DNA of 64,000 nt from Paludibacteraceae bacterium (GCA_017451525.1 JAFTOD010000002.1:190964-254963), one strand, 5' to 3'. Counted from the stretch's first letter, positions 1-10,256 are shown. Notes: a model not told the origin generated them from the letters alone. A program made the numbers and translations.

Positions 1-220
1 TGGCTTGATAGGTGTGCTGTTGGGTAGCGGCGTAGTGTCGCTGATTGGCATGCTGACCGCCAACGCACAAGAGCAAGTACTTGTCAATCCATCTGTGGAT
101 GGCTGGGCAGTGATGGTGGCTACCCTAATCTTGATTATCATTGGCGTGATTGCAGGCGCTATACCTGCCTACCGCGCTATGCGTATCAAACCGATTGAGG
201 CAATGAATGCGGATAAGTAG
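1..220 (+). CDS. ABC transporter permease, FtsX/MacB-type, C-terminal fragment (gene begins upstream of window)
   Basis: The frame is open from the window edge. Hydrophobic TM segments end in PAYRAMRIKPIEAMN, the same C-terminal signature as the next paralog (PARRALAIKPIEALN). Confidence 0.75.
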   Translation, partial: GLIGVLLGSGVVSLIGMLTANAQEQVLVNPSVDGWAVMVATLILIIIGVIAGAIPAYRAMRIKPIEAMNADK

Positions 221-249
221 TTTAGTGTTTAGAGTTTAGTGTTTAGAGG
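218..249. repeat. GTTTAGTG/GTTTAGAG word repeat (reverse orientation of the CACTAAA family) between the two permease genes
   Basis: The sequence TAGTTTAGTGTTTAGAGTTTAGTGTTTAGAGG overlaps the stop codon of the upstream gene. Confidence 0.8.
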
Positions 250-250
250 A

Positions 251-1486
251 ATGGACTTTTTTGAAGAAATATGGGCTACGATCACCAAGAACCGTTCACG
301 CAGTATCTTGACGGGCTTTGGTGTCTTCTGGGGTATGATGATGCTATTGGTATTGGTGGGCTTAGGGCAATCGCTCACCCAAGGTATCATGGCTAATGTC
401 GAGGGCTTTGCTATCAATTCGTGCTTTGTTATTCCCGACCGCACCAGCAAACCCTACAAGGGCTTGCAAAAGGGACGAACTTGGTCTATCCACAACCAAG
501 ACATGCCTACTATTCGCCATGCAGCCCCCCACGCTGATGTCATAGCACCCATGTGCTTTGGCGGAGAAAGCACCGTGCGCTTTGGTACATGGCACGATGA
601 GTATAATATGGTGGGTATCACTCCCGACTATCCCAAGATACTATATGTCCCATTGCTCTACGGACGCGAAATCAACGAGATTGATGTACAGGAGAAGCGA
701 AAAGTATGTGTCATAGGCAACGAGGTGTACAACAAACTATTCCCCGAAGGAGGCAACCCCGTAGGCAAACTCTTGCATATTGGCAACATGCAGTTCCGCA
801 TTGTGGGCGTGAAGCAAAAGACCAAAGCGCAAGTCTATCTAGGTGGTCATCCCGACCAACAAGTCTTCTGGCCAATCTCCACGCTGCAGCAAGCTCGCCA
901 ACTGGGCGAAAATATCCATCTCATCATGGCTACTGCCCAATCGAACACACCCGTCAGTATCGTGGAGGAAGAACTGAAGACTGTGCTAAAAGACCTCTAT
1001 ACCATCGCTCCCGATGACAACCGCGCCATGTACACCATGAACATGGAGGAAACGCTCAAAGCATTCCAATATCTGGTTGTCGGATTAAGCGCACTGATAT
1101 GGCTCATCGGTTTAGGCACACTGATTTCGGGTGCGGTAGGTGTCAGCAATATCATGCTCGTAACCGTGCGCGAACGCACCAAGGAGATAGGTATCCGTCG
1201 TGCGATAGGTGCCAGCCCGTGGGTGATTACCAAGCAGATATTAGCGGAAAGTACCTTGCTCACGCTGTTAGCAGGACTGTTAGGCATAGTGGCAGGCGTT
1301 GGCGTACTGCAATTGGCACAACAACTCTTGCAGGGCAATAAGATGTTTAGCCAAGAGATGCAAATCAGTTTTGGCATAGCCATTGGTGGATTAGCCATCT
1401 TATTGGTTATCGGATTATTAGCAGGACTATTGCCTGCTCGCCGAGCATTAGCCATAAAGCCCATTGAGGCACTTAATGAAGAATAA
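251..1486 (+). CDS. ABC transporter permease, FtsX/MacB-type
   Basis: About 411 aa with an N-terminal TM, a large periplasmic domain and a C-terminal FtsX 4-TM bundle (RERTKEIGIRRAIGAS). I prefer ATG 251 (MDFFEEIW) to the GTG at 239, which lies inside the repeat. Confidence 0.85.
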   Translation: MDFFEEIWATITKNRSRSILTGFGVFWGMMMLLVLVGLGQSLTQGIMANVEGFAINSCFVIPDRTSKPYKGLQKGRTWSIHNQDMPTIRHAAPHADVIAPMCFGGESTVRFGTWHDEYNMVGITPDYPKILYVPLLYGREINEIDVQEKRKVCVIGNEVYNKLFPEGGNPVGKLLHIGNMQFRIVGVKQKTKAQVYLGGHPDQQVFWPISTLQQARQLGENIHLIMATAQSNTPVSIVEEELKTVLKDLYTIAPDDNRAMYTMNMEETLKAFQYLVVGLSALIWLIGLGTLISGAVGVSNIMLVTVRERTKEIGIRRAIGASPWVITKQILAESTLLTLLAGLLGIVAGVGVLQLAQQLLQGNKMFSQEMQISFGIAIGGLAILLVIGLLAGLLPARRALAIKPIEALNEE

Positions 1487-1501
1487 TAAAATTAAAAACA
1501 T

Positions 1502-2599
1502 ATGAAAAAAGCAAAGAAATGGATCCTGTTGGCAGTTATCGCCGCAGTGGTAGTCGGAGTATTCGTGTATCTATGGCAACAATCACGCCCCAAACCAGTG
1601 AAGTACGAGACACAAGTAGTGGCATTGAGCACGATTCAAAAGAGCACCATCGTTACGGGTAAGATTGAGCCACGTGATGAGGTGGAGATCAAACCTCAGA
1701 TATCAGGTATCATCACCGAACTCTACAAACAAGCAGGCGACAAAGTGCGTGTAGGCGATGCCATTGCCAAAATCAAAGTCATCCCCGACATGGCACAACT
1801 CAATAGTGCCGAGTCGCGTGTGCGCCTTGCTAAATACAATCTGGAGAACTCACGCAAAGTCTTTGAGCGCGATTCCGTTCTACTGGCACAAAACGTGATT
1901 GCCAACGAGGCATACGAAAAATCACGATTGCAATACATCTCCGACCAAGAGGAGTACTTGGCTGCCGAAGACCACCTCAGCATCACGCGCGACGGCGTGG
2001 CACAAAAAGCCGATGCGGGTTTCACCAACACCATCGTGAAAGCCACTATTGCAGGCACCGTCTTGGATGTGCCAGTCAAAGTGGGCAACTCGGTCATTCT
2101 CACCAACACCTTCAACGATGGTACTACTATCGCCACCGTGGCAGATATGCAAGACCTACTCTTTGTCGGCAGTATCGATGAGACAGAGGTCGGCAAACTG
2201 CGCGAAGGCATGCGTATGGACTTGGTGATTGGTGCACTCAACGACCAACGCTTCAGCGCCACACTCGAATACATTGCCCCAAAAGGCACCGAGCAAAACG
2301 GTGCGATGATGTTCGAAATCAAAGGTGCTGCCACCATTCCCGATAGCGTAGTGATCCGCGCAGGGTATAGTGCCAATGCCGAGATTGTATTGGCAGAGCG
2401 TGTGAACGTGCTCACTATCCCTGAATACACCGTAGAGATGGAAGGCGACAAGTCATATGTTCAACTCATCACCGATACTGCCACCCAAGCCACCGAGCGC
2501 CGAGAGATACGCACTGGTCTATCCGATGGACTGCAAATAGAGGTGCTTGATGGCGTGCAAGAAGGAGATATTATTCGTGGCAACCAAATCACCCAATAA
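1502..2599 (+). CDS. Efflux transporter periplasmic adaptor (HlyD/MacA-type membrane fusion protein)
   Basis: 365 aa with an N-terminal TM, a lipoyl/barrel-sandwich-like region (KIEPRDEVEIKPQISGII...GDKVRVGD) and a coiled-coil hairpin. It sits between the permeases and a TolC-like gene. Confidence 0.85.
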   Translation: MKKAKKWILLAVIAAVVVGVFVYLWQQSRPKPVKYETQVVALSTIQKSTIVTGKIEPRDEVEIKPQISGIITELYKQAGDKVRVGDAIAKIKVIPDMAQLNSAESRVRLAKYNLENSRKVFERDSVLLAQNVIANEAYEKSRLQYISDQEEYLAAEDHLSITRDGVAQKADAGFTNTIVKATIAGTVLDVPVKVGNSVILTNTFNDGTTIATVADMQDLLFVGSIDETEVGKLREGMRMDLVIGALNDQRFSATLEYIAPKGTEQNGAMMFEIKGAATIPDSVVIRAGYSANAEIVLAERVNVLTIPEYTVEMEGDKSYVQLITDTATQATERREIRTGLSDGLQIEVLDGVQEGDIIRGNQITQ

Positions 2600-2602
2600 G
2601 CT

Positions 2603-3904
2603 ATGAAACAACTACTTATCATTTCTCTCTGCCTCCTATCATTGGGCGTGCATGCCGAAGTATTTACATTGCAACAGTGCATTGACTCGGCTTTGCTCAA
2701 TAGTCTGACTATGCAGAAGCAGGGCAATCAATATGCCTCACAACGCCTGCAATATACGCAGTCCAAGGCCGATATATCGCCATCTATCAGTGGTTCAGCA
2801 GGGCAGAGCTGGATATTCGGACGCTCGATTGGAGCGGACAATATCTATCACGCACAAAACTCATCGCAAACCACCTTCAATCTGGCTGCTAATATTGTGC
2901 TGTTCGATGGACTGCAAATGAAGTTCAATATCGACCAAGCACGTGCCAACATGCAGGCATCCGAAGCCAACATGCAGGCATTGCAACTGCAAATCAAGAT
3001 GAATATATCCACCATGTATTTGCAAGTGTTGCTCTGCAAAGAACTGCTCGCAGTAGCTGAAAACCAACTGGCTGATACACGCATGAAGTTGCAACGCGAT
3101 TCAGCATTGGTGGCTATCAACCGTTTGCCTGCAGGCGAACTCTACACGCTGCAAGCGCAAGCCGCTCGCGAGGAGTTGGAAGTCACGCAACGCCAAAACA
3201 ACCTGCAACTATCGCTCTTAGACTTGGCACAAGCCATCGAACTGCAAGATATTACCCATTTCGATATTGCTACTCCAAGCCACGAAGAACTGGCAGGTGG
3301 CTTGCTACCCAACAACGAGGAAGTGTATCAAATCGCCTTGCAATCTCGCCCAGAGATCAAGGCATTGGAATACACGATTCAAGCCAACGAGAGCGCACTC
3401 AAAGGCATCAAGTCCGCCTATTCGCCTACGCTCTCTGCGGGGGCTAATGTCGGAACGGGCTACTACGATATGCAAGGGGCGGATAATAATACTTTCGGCA
3501 CCCAAATGAGGGACAACTTCAGCGCATCGGTGGGCTTAAACCTGCATGTGCCTATCTACGACAAGATGCAAACCTCCACTCGCGTGAAGCAACAGAAACT
3601 GGCATTGGAGAATGCGCGTCTGGATTTAGAGCAACAGAAGAAAGACTTGCGCAAGGAGATAGACCAAGCATACTACAACGCTCGCAATGCCAGCATCGAA
3701 CAATTGGCATCCGAGAAAGCCGAGCAATCCACCGCAGAAGCCCTACGCTACACCACGCAGAAATACGAGGCAGGACGTTGCTCGCTATATGAGTACCAAG
3801 AGGCACGCAACAACCACTTGCAGGCACAATCCACTCGCCTCCAGGCGCAATACAATTACCTCTTCCGTCTACGTATCCTGCAATACTACCAAGGGGTATT
3901 GTAG
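2603..3904 (+). CDS. TolC-family outer membrane efflux protein
   Basis: 433 aa with a signal peptide and two long repeats rich in Q/A/L coiled coil. Stop and start are 4 nt apart from the adaptor gene, which indicates an operon. Confidence 0.85.
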   Translation: MKQLLIISLCLLSLGVHAEVFTLQQCIDSALLNSLTMQKQGNQYASQRLQYTQSKADISPSISGSAGQSWIFGRSIGADNIYHAQNSSQTTFNLAANIVLFDGLQMKFNIDQARANMQASEANMQALQLQIKMNISTMYLQVLLCKELLAVAENQLADTRMKLQRDSALVAINRLPAGELYTLQAQAAREELEVTQRQNNLQLSLLDLAQAIELQDITHFDIATPSHEELAGGLLPNNEEVYQIALQSRPEIKALEYTIQANESALKGIKSAYSPTLSAGANVGTGYYDMQGADNNTFGTQMRDNFSASVGLNLHVPIYDKMQTSTRVKQQKLALENARLDLEQQKKDLRKEIDQAYYNARNASIEQLASEKAEQSTAEALRYTTQKYEAGRCSLYEYQEARNNHLQAQSTRLQAQYNYLFRLRILQYYQGVL

Positions 3905-3946
3905 TACTAATTACACAAAATATTTGCATATATGAAAAAAAAGCAG

Positions 3947-3954
3947 TACCTTTG
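3947..3954 (+). promoter_or_regulatory. Bacteroidetes sigma-A -7 box (TACCTTTG) for the M16 peptidase gene
   Basis: Matches TAnnTTTG, 44 nt upstream of the ATG. Confidence 0.6.
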
Positions 3955-3997
3955 CACGATATTTTGCATTGAGAATTAAAATGTAATTTTAAACAAT

Positions 3998-6901
3998 ATG
4001 AAAAAAATGTTTTTATTGGGCATGGCAATGGTGATGTCGCTGACCATGCTGATGGCGCAAACGCGCGAAGGATTGACCGAGTATAAATTGGATAACGGCT
4101 TGACCGTCATGCTCTGGGAAGACCACGATCAACCTGACGTGACTGGTTATGTGGCCGTGCGTGCAGGTGCCATGGACGAACCTGCAGAATATACTGGTTT
4201 GGCACACTACTTGGAGCACATGCTCTTCAAGGGTACACAGAAAATCGGTGCACTCGACTGGGAGAAAGAGAAGCCCTACTACGAGGAGATTATTCGTCTC
4301 TACGACGAGTATGCAGTGACTACCGATGAGGCAAAGCGTGTAGAATTGACCACCAAAATCAACGAAGCGTCGATTGAGGCAGCTAAATATGCTACCGTAG
4401 AGGACTTCTTCGTATTGCTCGATGGTATCGGTGCTACAGGCGTGAATGCCTTTACCAGCTACGACATGACTTGCTACCACAACTCATTCCCAGCTGCGAA
4501 CATGTACAAGTGGTTGACCATTTTCTCCGACCGACTGATCGACCCTGTGTTCCGTACTTTCCAAGCTGAATTGGAGAATGTGTTTGAGGAGTACAATATG
4601 TACGAGGATAATCCAACTACCCATGTGCGCAAAACACTGATGAGTACGATCTTTGCGGGTCACCCATACGAGCGCGATGTGATTGGTTTGCCAGAACACT
4701 TGAAGAATCCACGCCTCAGCAAACTCATCGAGTTCTACAACACATGGTATGTGCCTAACAATATGGCGTTGATTATCGTAGGTGATTTCGACACAGAGAC
4801 TACCAAACCTATGATTGAGGAGACTTTTGGTCGTTTGGAATATAAGGAGTTGCCAGCGCGTCCTAGCTACCCAAAGACCTCATTTGCAGGCAATCCAAAG
4901 CATAAGTTCAAAATGGGTTACTACCCAATGGTCATTTGGGCATACGATGGTGTGAACATGACCGACGAAGACTTGTTGCCATTGCAATTCGTGGCTTCAC
5001 TGCTCAACAACAGCACCAATACTGGTTTGCTTGACAAACTCAATATCGACGGTATTGTTTCCTCTGCTGGCGTAAGCGTGAATGCGCTTCGCGACCAAGG
5101 TCGTATCATCATTGAGGCTATTCCATATTATGATGCTAACCAACAAGCCTATGAGTCAAATGCCGCTACAGAGAAGATTGTGATGGCTGAAATCAATCGT
5201 CTGAAGAATGGCGATATACCTGATTGGTTGATTCAAACCGTGAAAGCCGAGTATGCACAAAACTACAAGTTGGCGTTCGAGAGCTCAGATACCAAGATGA
5301 ATGCCCTCGTTTCTAGTTTCGTGTACAATACTCCTATTGATGATATCTTCACCGAGAATGAGAAGATTCAAGCACTCACCAAGGAGGACATCCAACGCAT
5401 TGCTAAGAAGTATTTCGATGCAGAATACATGACGTTGGCATTCGACGAAGGTACACCTAAGAAGAATAAATTGGCAAAGCCACAAATCAAGCCACTTGAC
5501 CTCATCAATAGCCAAGAGACTGAGTATGCCAAGGCATTCAAGCAACTGCCACAAGGCGAACTCAAACAAACGTTCATGGATATGAACGACGTGAAAGTAT
5601 TGGATATTGACAACAACGTGAAGCTGCACTATGCAACCAACCCAAAGAACAATATCTTCTCTCTTGACCTCATCTTCGGTATCGGTACGGCTAAGAAACC
5701 TATGCTGGAGTATGTGACTTCGCTCATGAACCGTGGTGGTATCATGCCAAACATTGAGCCACAAGACTTCCGTCGCCAACTCTCTGAGTTGGGTGGTCGT
5801 TGCGCTTACGGCGTGAACGATAGCTACTTCTATGTATCTATCATTGGCGAGGAAGAGCACTTGGCGGAGATTTGCCAATTAGTACAACGCCAAATGTTGA
5901 TGCCTAAGTTCGATACCAAGCAGTTTGATGCTGTCAAGGGTAGCGAGCTCTCCAGCCGCTTCATGATGTCGAAGATGGACGGTCTGCAAGCAGACGCGTT
6001 GCGCCAATACGTATTGTACGGCGACAAATCAGAATACATCGATGTAGTACCATTCATGGATGTATATTACATGGATGAGTTGAAGCTGAAGGTAGAGTTC
6101 CTCGATGCTATCAAATATGCGCTTGATATTCACTATTGCGGACAAAAACCAGTAGAGGAAGTGAAGGATATCTTGACCAAGAACCTTCCATTGCAAGAAG
6201 GCGTACAACCATCTACTTCACCAGAGATTTTGGACAAGAAGACTTACGACAAGACTCAAGTATATTTCTTGGCTAACTCTAACGTACAACAATCCACCAT
6301 CTACTTCTACTTCAATGGTAAGCCATACGACAAAGAGCAATCCGTTCTCTTCCAAGCATTCAACCAATACTTCTCTGGTGGCTTCACGGGTATCGTATTG
6401 GATGAGATTCGCGAGAAACGCTCTATGGCATACACCGCAGCAGGTAATGCCGTGCGTGGACCATTGCCAGGCAAAGAGTCGTACTTCATGGGCTATATCG
6501 GTACACAATCCGACAAGGCAGTAGATGCTATCAATGTATTTATGTCATTGCTGGATTCTATGCCACAATATCCTGAGCGTATCGAGAGTGTGAAAGCCGC
6601 TTTGCGCCAAAACGCACAGACAGCTAAACCATCGTTCCGTGCAAAGACAGAGGTATATGATTCATGGCGTGAGATGGGGTATGAGATTGACCCTGCTAAG
6701 TACAACCAAGAGGCAATCAACAACCTCACCTTCGAGCAAATCATGCAATTCTACGAGGAGAATATCAAGGGACAACCCGTATCTATCATTGTGATGGGTG
6801 ACCCTAAGCTCATCGACCAAAAAGCATTGCAAGCCAAGTATGGCAAGATCGTGAAGGTATCCAAAGCCCGCCTCTTTGCTCCACTCGATTTGGACTTCTA
6901 A
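3998..6901 (+). CDS. M16-family zinc peptidase (insulinase/pitrilysin-like, double-length)
   Basis: 967 aa with a signal peptide and the inverted zinc motif HxxEH (GLAHYLEHMLFKG). The second half is an M16-like inactive domain. Confidence 0.9.
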   Translation: MKKMFLLGMAMVMSLTMLMAQTREGLTEYKLDNGLTVMLWEDHDQPDVTGYVAVRAGAMDEPAEYTGLAHYLEHMLFKGTQKIGALDWEKEKPYYEEIIRLYDEYAVTTDEAKRVELTTKINEASIEAAKYATVEDFFVLLDGIGATGVNAFTSYDMTCYHNSFPAANMYKWLTIFSDRLIDPVFRTFQAELENVFEEYNMYEDNPTTHVRKTLMSTIFAGHPYERDVIGLPEHLKNPRLSKLIEFYNTWYVPNNMALIIVGDFDTETTKPMIEETFGRLEYKELPARPSYPKTSFAGNPKHKFKMGYYPMVIWAYDGVNMTDEDLLPLQFVASLLNNSTNTGLLDKLNIDGIVSSAGVSVNALRDQGRIIIEAIPYYDANQQAYESNAATEKIVMAEINRLKNGDIPDWLIQTVKAEYAQNYKLAFESSDTKMNALVSSFVYNTPIDDIFTENEKIQALTKEDIQRIAKKYFDAEYMTLAFDEGTPKKNKLAKPQIKPLDLINSQETEYAKAFKQLPQGELKQTFMDMNDVKVLDIDNNVKLHYATNPKNNIFSLDLIFGIGTAKKPMLEYVTSLMNRGGIMPNIEPQDFRRQLSELGGRCAYGVNDSYFYVSIIGEEEHLAEICQLVQRQMLMPKFDTKQFDAVKGSELSSRFMMSKMDGLQADALRQYVLYGDKSEYIDVVPFMDVYYMDELKLKVEFLDAIKYALDIHYCGQKPVEEVKDILTKNLPLQEGVQPSTSPEILDKKTYDKTQVYFLANSNVQQSTIYFYFNGKPYDKEQSVLFQAFNQYFSGGFTGIVLDEIREKRSMAYTAAGNAVRGPLPGKESYFMGYIGTQSDKAVDAINVFMSLLDSMPQYPERIESVKAALRQNAQTAKPSFRAKTEVYDSWREMGYEIDPAKYNQEAINNLTFEQIMQFYEENIKGQPVSIIVMGDPKLIDQKALQAKYGKIVKVSKARLFAPLDLDF

Positions 6902-6930
6902 TATTGAAACTCTGAAATATTGAAACTATA
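6901..6930. repeat. TGAAAC-word repeat
   Basis: ATATTGAAACTCTGAAATATTGAAACTAT lies directly after the M16 peptidase stop codon. Confidence 0.7.
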
Positions 6931-6932
6931 AA

Positions 6933-6968
6933 AGCCATCTGTGCATTTGCATAGATGGCTTTTGGTTT
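6933..6968 (+). terminator. Intrinsic terminator after the M16 peptidase gene
   Basis: Hairpin AGCCATCT-GTGCATTTGCAT-AGATGGCT followed by TTTGGTTT. Confidence 0.7.
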
Positions 6969-6988
6969 ATCACTCATGGTTGTAGCTT

Positions 6989-7011
6989 AAAAAGTGCTTT
7001 TTGTTAAGATT
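6989..7011 (+). repeat. Direct repeat copy 1 (AAAAGTGCTTTTTGTTAAGATT)
   Basis: It matches 7105-7126 at 21 of 22 positions. Confidence 0.75.
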
Positions 7012-7104
7012 TCTTTCCCTTGTACCTCCCCAATCTCCCTCGGGCTAAAAACCAAGGAGAAACCAAAGAAGAACCAAGGAACGACCTAAGAACTCCCAAC
7101 CAGC

Positions 7105-7126
7105 AAAAGTGCATTTTGTTAAGATT
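7105..7126 (+). repeat. Direct repeat copy 2 (AAAAGTGCATTTTGTTAAGATT)
   Basis: It matches 6990-7011 at 21 of 22 positions. Confidence 0.75.
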
Positions 7127-7272
7127 GGGCTTTCCTAAAAAAGTTGTCCACTTTCCTAAAACGGTTGACTACGTCCGCAAGATTCTCTGCCTTTACGCCA
7201 TACACTCTACACCCTACACCAGAAAAATCGCCCTGAAATATGATTTTTCTTGCTCAATCCAAAATAATTCTG

Positions 7273-7280
7273 TACCTTTG
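7273..7280 (+). promoter_or_regulatory. -7 box (TACCTTTG) for the AT-rich island operon
   Basis: Matches TAnnTTTG, with TTCTTGC about 20 nt upstream and the ATG 26 nt downstream. Confidence 0.6.
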
Positions 7281-7305
7281 CAAAGTGTATCAAAAATTTA
7301 GCATT

Positions 7306-7986
7306 ATGGGGATTGTATTTGTTTTAATACTATGGATGGTTGTTTTAGTGATTCCATCTTGTATTCTTGGAGGATTAACTCTTCTTATTGCTTATATTTT
7401 TGTTCATAAGAAACAATTTAAAGGGAAGAAATCCCTTCTTGCATTAGCAACCTTATCCCCGATGATATTTATTGGTTTAGAGTTAATAATAGCGATCATA
7501 AGTTTTCCAATAGTTTCCGAGCGTCACAAAGTTGATACAGGTATTGGAGATTATTGGTGCGCTCCAATTAATGATTACTATTATCTTGCTGCTATTGATT
7601 TGCCAGAAAGAGCATATATAGAGTCTTATAATATACGTAATCAATCTATAAATGATCGTATCTTACGATTATGGAGTATTACTGATACTACTGTAGTTTT
7701 AACCAAAGATAGTTCATTATATTTATTTCAGCCGCACGCAAGTGCAATTGATACCCTTTTGTACAAAGCAGAGCAGCAGCACTTAAATGAGGTGTTAGAG
7801 GAAATGGATTTGTCAGATAGCGACGCAATAACCCCTGAAGATTATTTTGATAAAACACAACAAGAAGCACATAAAATCGAACGTGTTGTACGTCATGGAA
7901 TAGTTGTGTTGGTACTCATGCTTTTGTGGGGAGGACTATTTTACTATATTAAAAAAACTAAAACGAAATTACAGACTATCACTTGA
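7306..7986 (+). CDS. Hypothetical membrane protein (AT-rich island gene 1)
   Basis: The ORF has two N-terminal TM helices and one C-terminal TM helix, and I recognise no motif. Start is set at ATG 7306 because the TACCTTTG -7 box (7273-7280) lies inside the longer ORF-track model. Confidence 0.55.
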   Translation: MGIVFVLILWMVVLVIPSCILGGLTLLIAYIFVHKKQFKGKKSLLALATLSPMIFIGLELIIAIISFPIVSERHKVDTGIGDYWCAPINDYYYLAAIDLPERAYIESYNIRNQSINDRILRLWSITDTTVVLTKDSSLYLFQPHASAIDTLLYKAEQQHLNEVLEEMDLSDSDAITPEDYFDKTQQEAHKIERVVRHGIVVLVLMLLWGGLFYYIKKTKTKLQTIT

Positions 7987-7992
7987 TTGGAT

Positions 7993-9543
7993 ATGAAACA
8001 CACATTCTCAATATTACCATTTTTGCTATTATCCGTAATAGCATTTGCAAATGGAGATCCAGTTGCGGAATATTGTGCATTAACTCTCAGCAAGACGCCT
8101 GTACCTCGCGCGATTCCAGAGATTCAAATTGAACGAGAGGACTTGAACATCGAACTGATGGATGGTTGTGCTCGCATCAAAGTGGATTATGTGTTGCATA
8201 ATACATCTAACAAAAAGTTTAAAAATATTCACTATGGCTTCCCTGTAGATTGGGAGGGTGAAGGACCTTTGCATTGGGTTGGAGATTTCTGGAGCGAGTC
8301 AATGTATCAAAAAGGCTGGTCGGATGATTATGTCACGGACTTTTCATTCCGCCTCAATAACAAACAACTACCTGCAACAATGAGTGGCGATACGTTGCTC
8401 CATCCTGTATATACAAGCGGCGATTGGCATAAGGAGCATGGCTATCCAAATTGGCAAAAAATACAAGATTCGATATTTAATTATAACAGAAAATACTTAG
8501 ATTGGCATCAAAGCATCTTATCCGAATATGAGTGGGATGGAGAATACATTGATACACTTATTTTGGAAGAATCTTTGCACCGTCGTTGGTATTATACTTC
8601 TTTTTCTATCCGTGCACGAGAGACGGTTACATTGCATGTAGAATATACATTACGACACACTCATAGGCTGAGTTTATATGGGCAGATGAATGAGTTTACA
8701 ACATACTTTGCAACATGGGAAGGAAAAGAATATCACAACCGTGCGGGCAACCGCTTTATATACGATTATTCACCAGCAGCCGCATGGGGAAATGGCAGGG
8801 TAAAAGAACTCAATCTAAATATCATGGCAGATTCTACTTTAGAGGTATGGAGTCCTGAATATAATTACAAATCTGCTCCACTATTTATAGGTAATTATCA
8901 AAAACAATATACTCATTTTGATTATGCTACAGCAGAACCTATCCGTTTACATTATTTTCATGAACGCCCCGATAGCTTGGATGTAATAGCAATTCGTAAT
9001 CACAGATTACCTGCGGATAAATATAGTATTCAGCTGCACGAAAATGATACCAATCAGTATGATGCTCTAAAAGATTTATCAGGTTGTACGTATATAGAGT
9101 TAACTCTTAGAGATAGTGGAGATTATGTTATTGATATCTTGCTTAACGAACCTAAATATATCACAGGATTAGCTATTATGAATGGCAACTGCTGTGATTC
9201 GCTTTCATGGATATCAAACGGGCGCATAGAGCAAATGCAAATCATGTATTTAGATCATGACAATGATTGGCGTGTACGTTACGGAAAAATAAATTATGAA
9301 AAGAGAGGAAAACCCACGGTACAGTTTGCTACTTGCAAAACAGATATTCCTATTAATTTCACATGGGAAGGGCTGGTACGAGCAGTAGAAAAAGTAAATA
9401 TAGATGGACGTTATTCTCAAATGATGCCATATCCGTTTGAGCGTAGTTCTTGGGAAAGACCGATACAACAACTTCGTATTCTTATCCCCAAACAAGAGCA
9501 TACTCCGTGCATTTCAGAGATTATATTACTATATGAAGAATGA
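7993..9543 (+). CDS. Hypothetical secreted protein (AT-rich island gene 2), N-terminus possibly DUF4424-like
   Basis: About 516 aa with a signal peptide (MKHTFSILPFLLLSVIAFA). The pattern IEREDLNIEL...RIKVDYVLHNTSNKKF recalls DUF4424-type proteins from memory only. It follows gene 1 with essentially no gap. Confidence 0.6.
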   Translation: MKHTFSILPFLLLSVIAFANGDPVAEYCALTLSKTPVPRAIPEIQIEREDLNIELMDGCARIKVDYVLHNTSNKKFKNIHYGFPVDWEGEGPLHWVGDFWSESMYQKGWSDDYVTDFSFRLNNKQLPATMSGDTLLHPVYTSGDWHKEHGYPNWQKIQDSIFNYNRKYLDWHQSILSEYEWDGEYIDTLILEESLHRRWYYTSFSIRARETVTLHVEYTLRHTHRLSLYGQMNEFTTYFATWEGKEYHNRAGNRFIYDYSPAAAWGNGRVKELNLNIMADSTLEVWSPEYNYKSAPLFIGNYQKQYTHFDYATAEPIRLHYFHERPDSLDVIAIRNHRLPADKYSIQLHENDTNQYDALKDLSGCTYIELTLRDSGDYVIDILLNEPKYITGLAIMNGNCCDSLSWISNGRIEQMQIMYLDHDNDWRVRYGKINYEKRGKPTVQFATCKTDIPINFTWEGLVRAVEKVNIDGRYSQMMPYPFERSSWERPIQQLRILIPKQEHTPCISEIILLYEE

Positions 9544-9591
9544 TTTAGCTTCGTAAAATAAGGTTACTTTTTCCATAAAGAATTAAAACAT

Positions 9592-10137
9592 ATGAAAAAA
9601 ATTGTTATTTATTTCTTTCTTTTTAGCGCAACGCTAACTGGATACGCAAACAATAAAAGTTCGTGCTTGACTTTGTTGGATGCTACTAAAGACAACATAA
9701 TAAGATATGCCCATTGTCATTGGTCGATCGTGCCTCCACCACCTGCGTTAGACGGAAGAATCAGTGATGTAGAAGAAACAAAATATGACTTAACCTTAAA
9801 TTTATTGAACCCAACGGAAAAAAAACTAGTGAAAGTTATTAATACTATTTCGAATGAATTAGGACAATACACTTACAATCACAACACGTTACCTACAAAT
9901 ATGAATGATACGAATTGTGTCGTTGATATGGTGTATGGTGTAATGGATTATGGCTTAGCGGATGGGGGTGCATTCTATTGGTGGGTAACTGATGGCTATA
10001 TTGTTCGTCTTTTTACATTCCAGGATCCTCAAACTCCTAAGATTATATATGCAAATCTTACTATTTTTGACATCAAAAAACTGTCTAAGTGGTGTGAGGG
10101 TGTTATAATCAATACGTATAAAACTCTTGAGAAATAG
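9592..10137 (+). CDS. Hypothetical small secreted protein or lipoprotein (AT-rich island gene 3)
   Basis: 181 aa with a signal peptide (MKKIVIYFFLFSATLTGYA). I recognise no domain. Confidence 0.55.
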   Translation: MKKIVIYFFLFSATLTGYANNKSSCLTLLDATKDNIIRYAHCHWSIVPPPPALDGRISDVEETKYDLTLNLLNPTEKKLVKVINTISNELGQYTYNHNTLPTNMNDTNCVVDMVYGVMDYGLADGGAFYWWVTDGYIVRLFTFQDPQTPKIIYANLTIFDIKKLSKWCEGVIINTYKTLEK

Positions 10138-10256
10138 GATGAAATTGTGATTCGTAGACCATCTTTTGGGCTATGAAACAACTTTTTATAGAATCAACAG
10201 ATGCTCTGAAAATCATATTTTTTATATACACATTTGTCTATGTGAAGAAAAAATAG

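Noticed and set aside
1723-2451. 242-aa minus-strand ORF antisense to the efflux adaptor gene
   Set aside because: It is a shadow ORF with S/T/A-rich low complexity.
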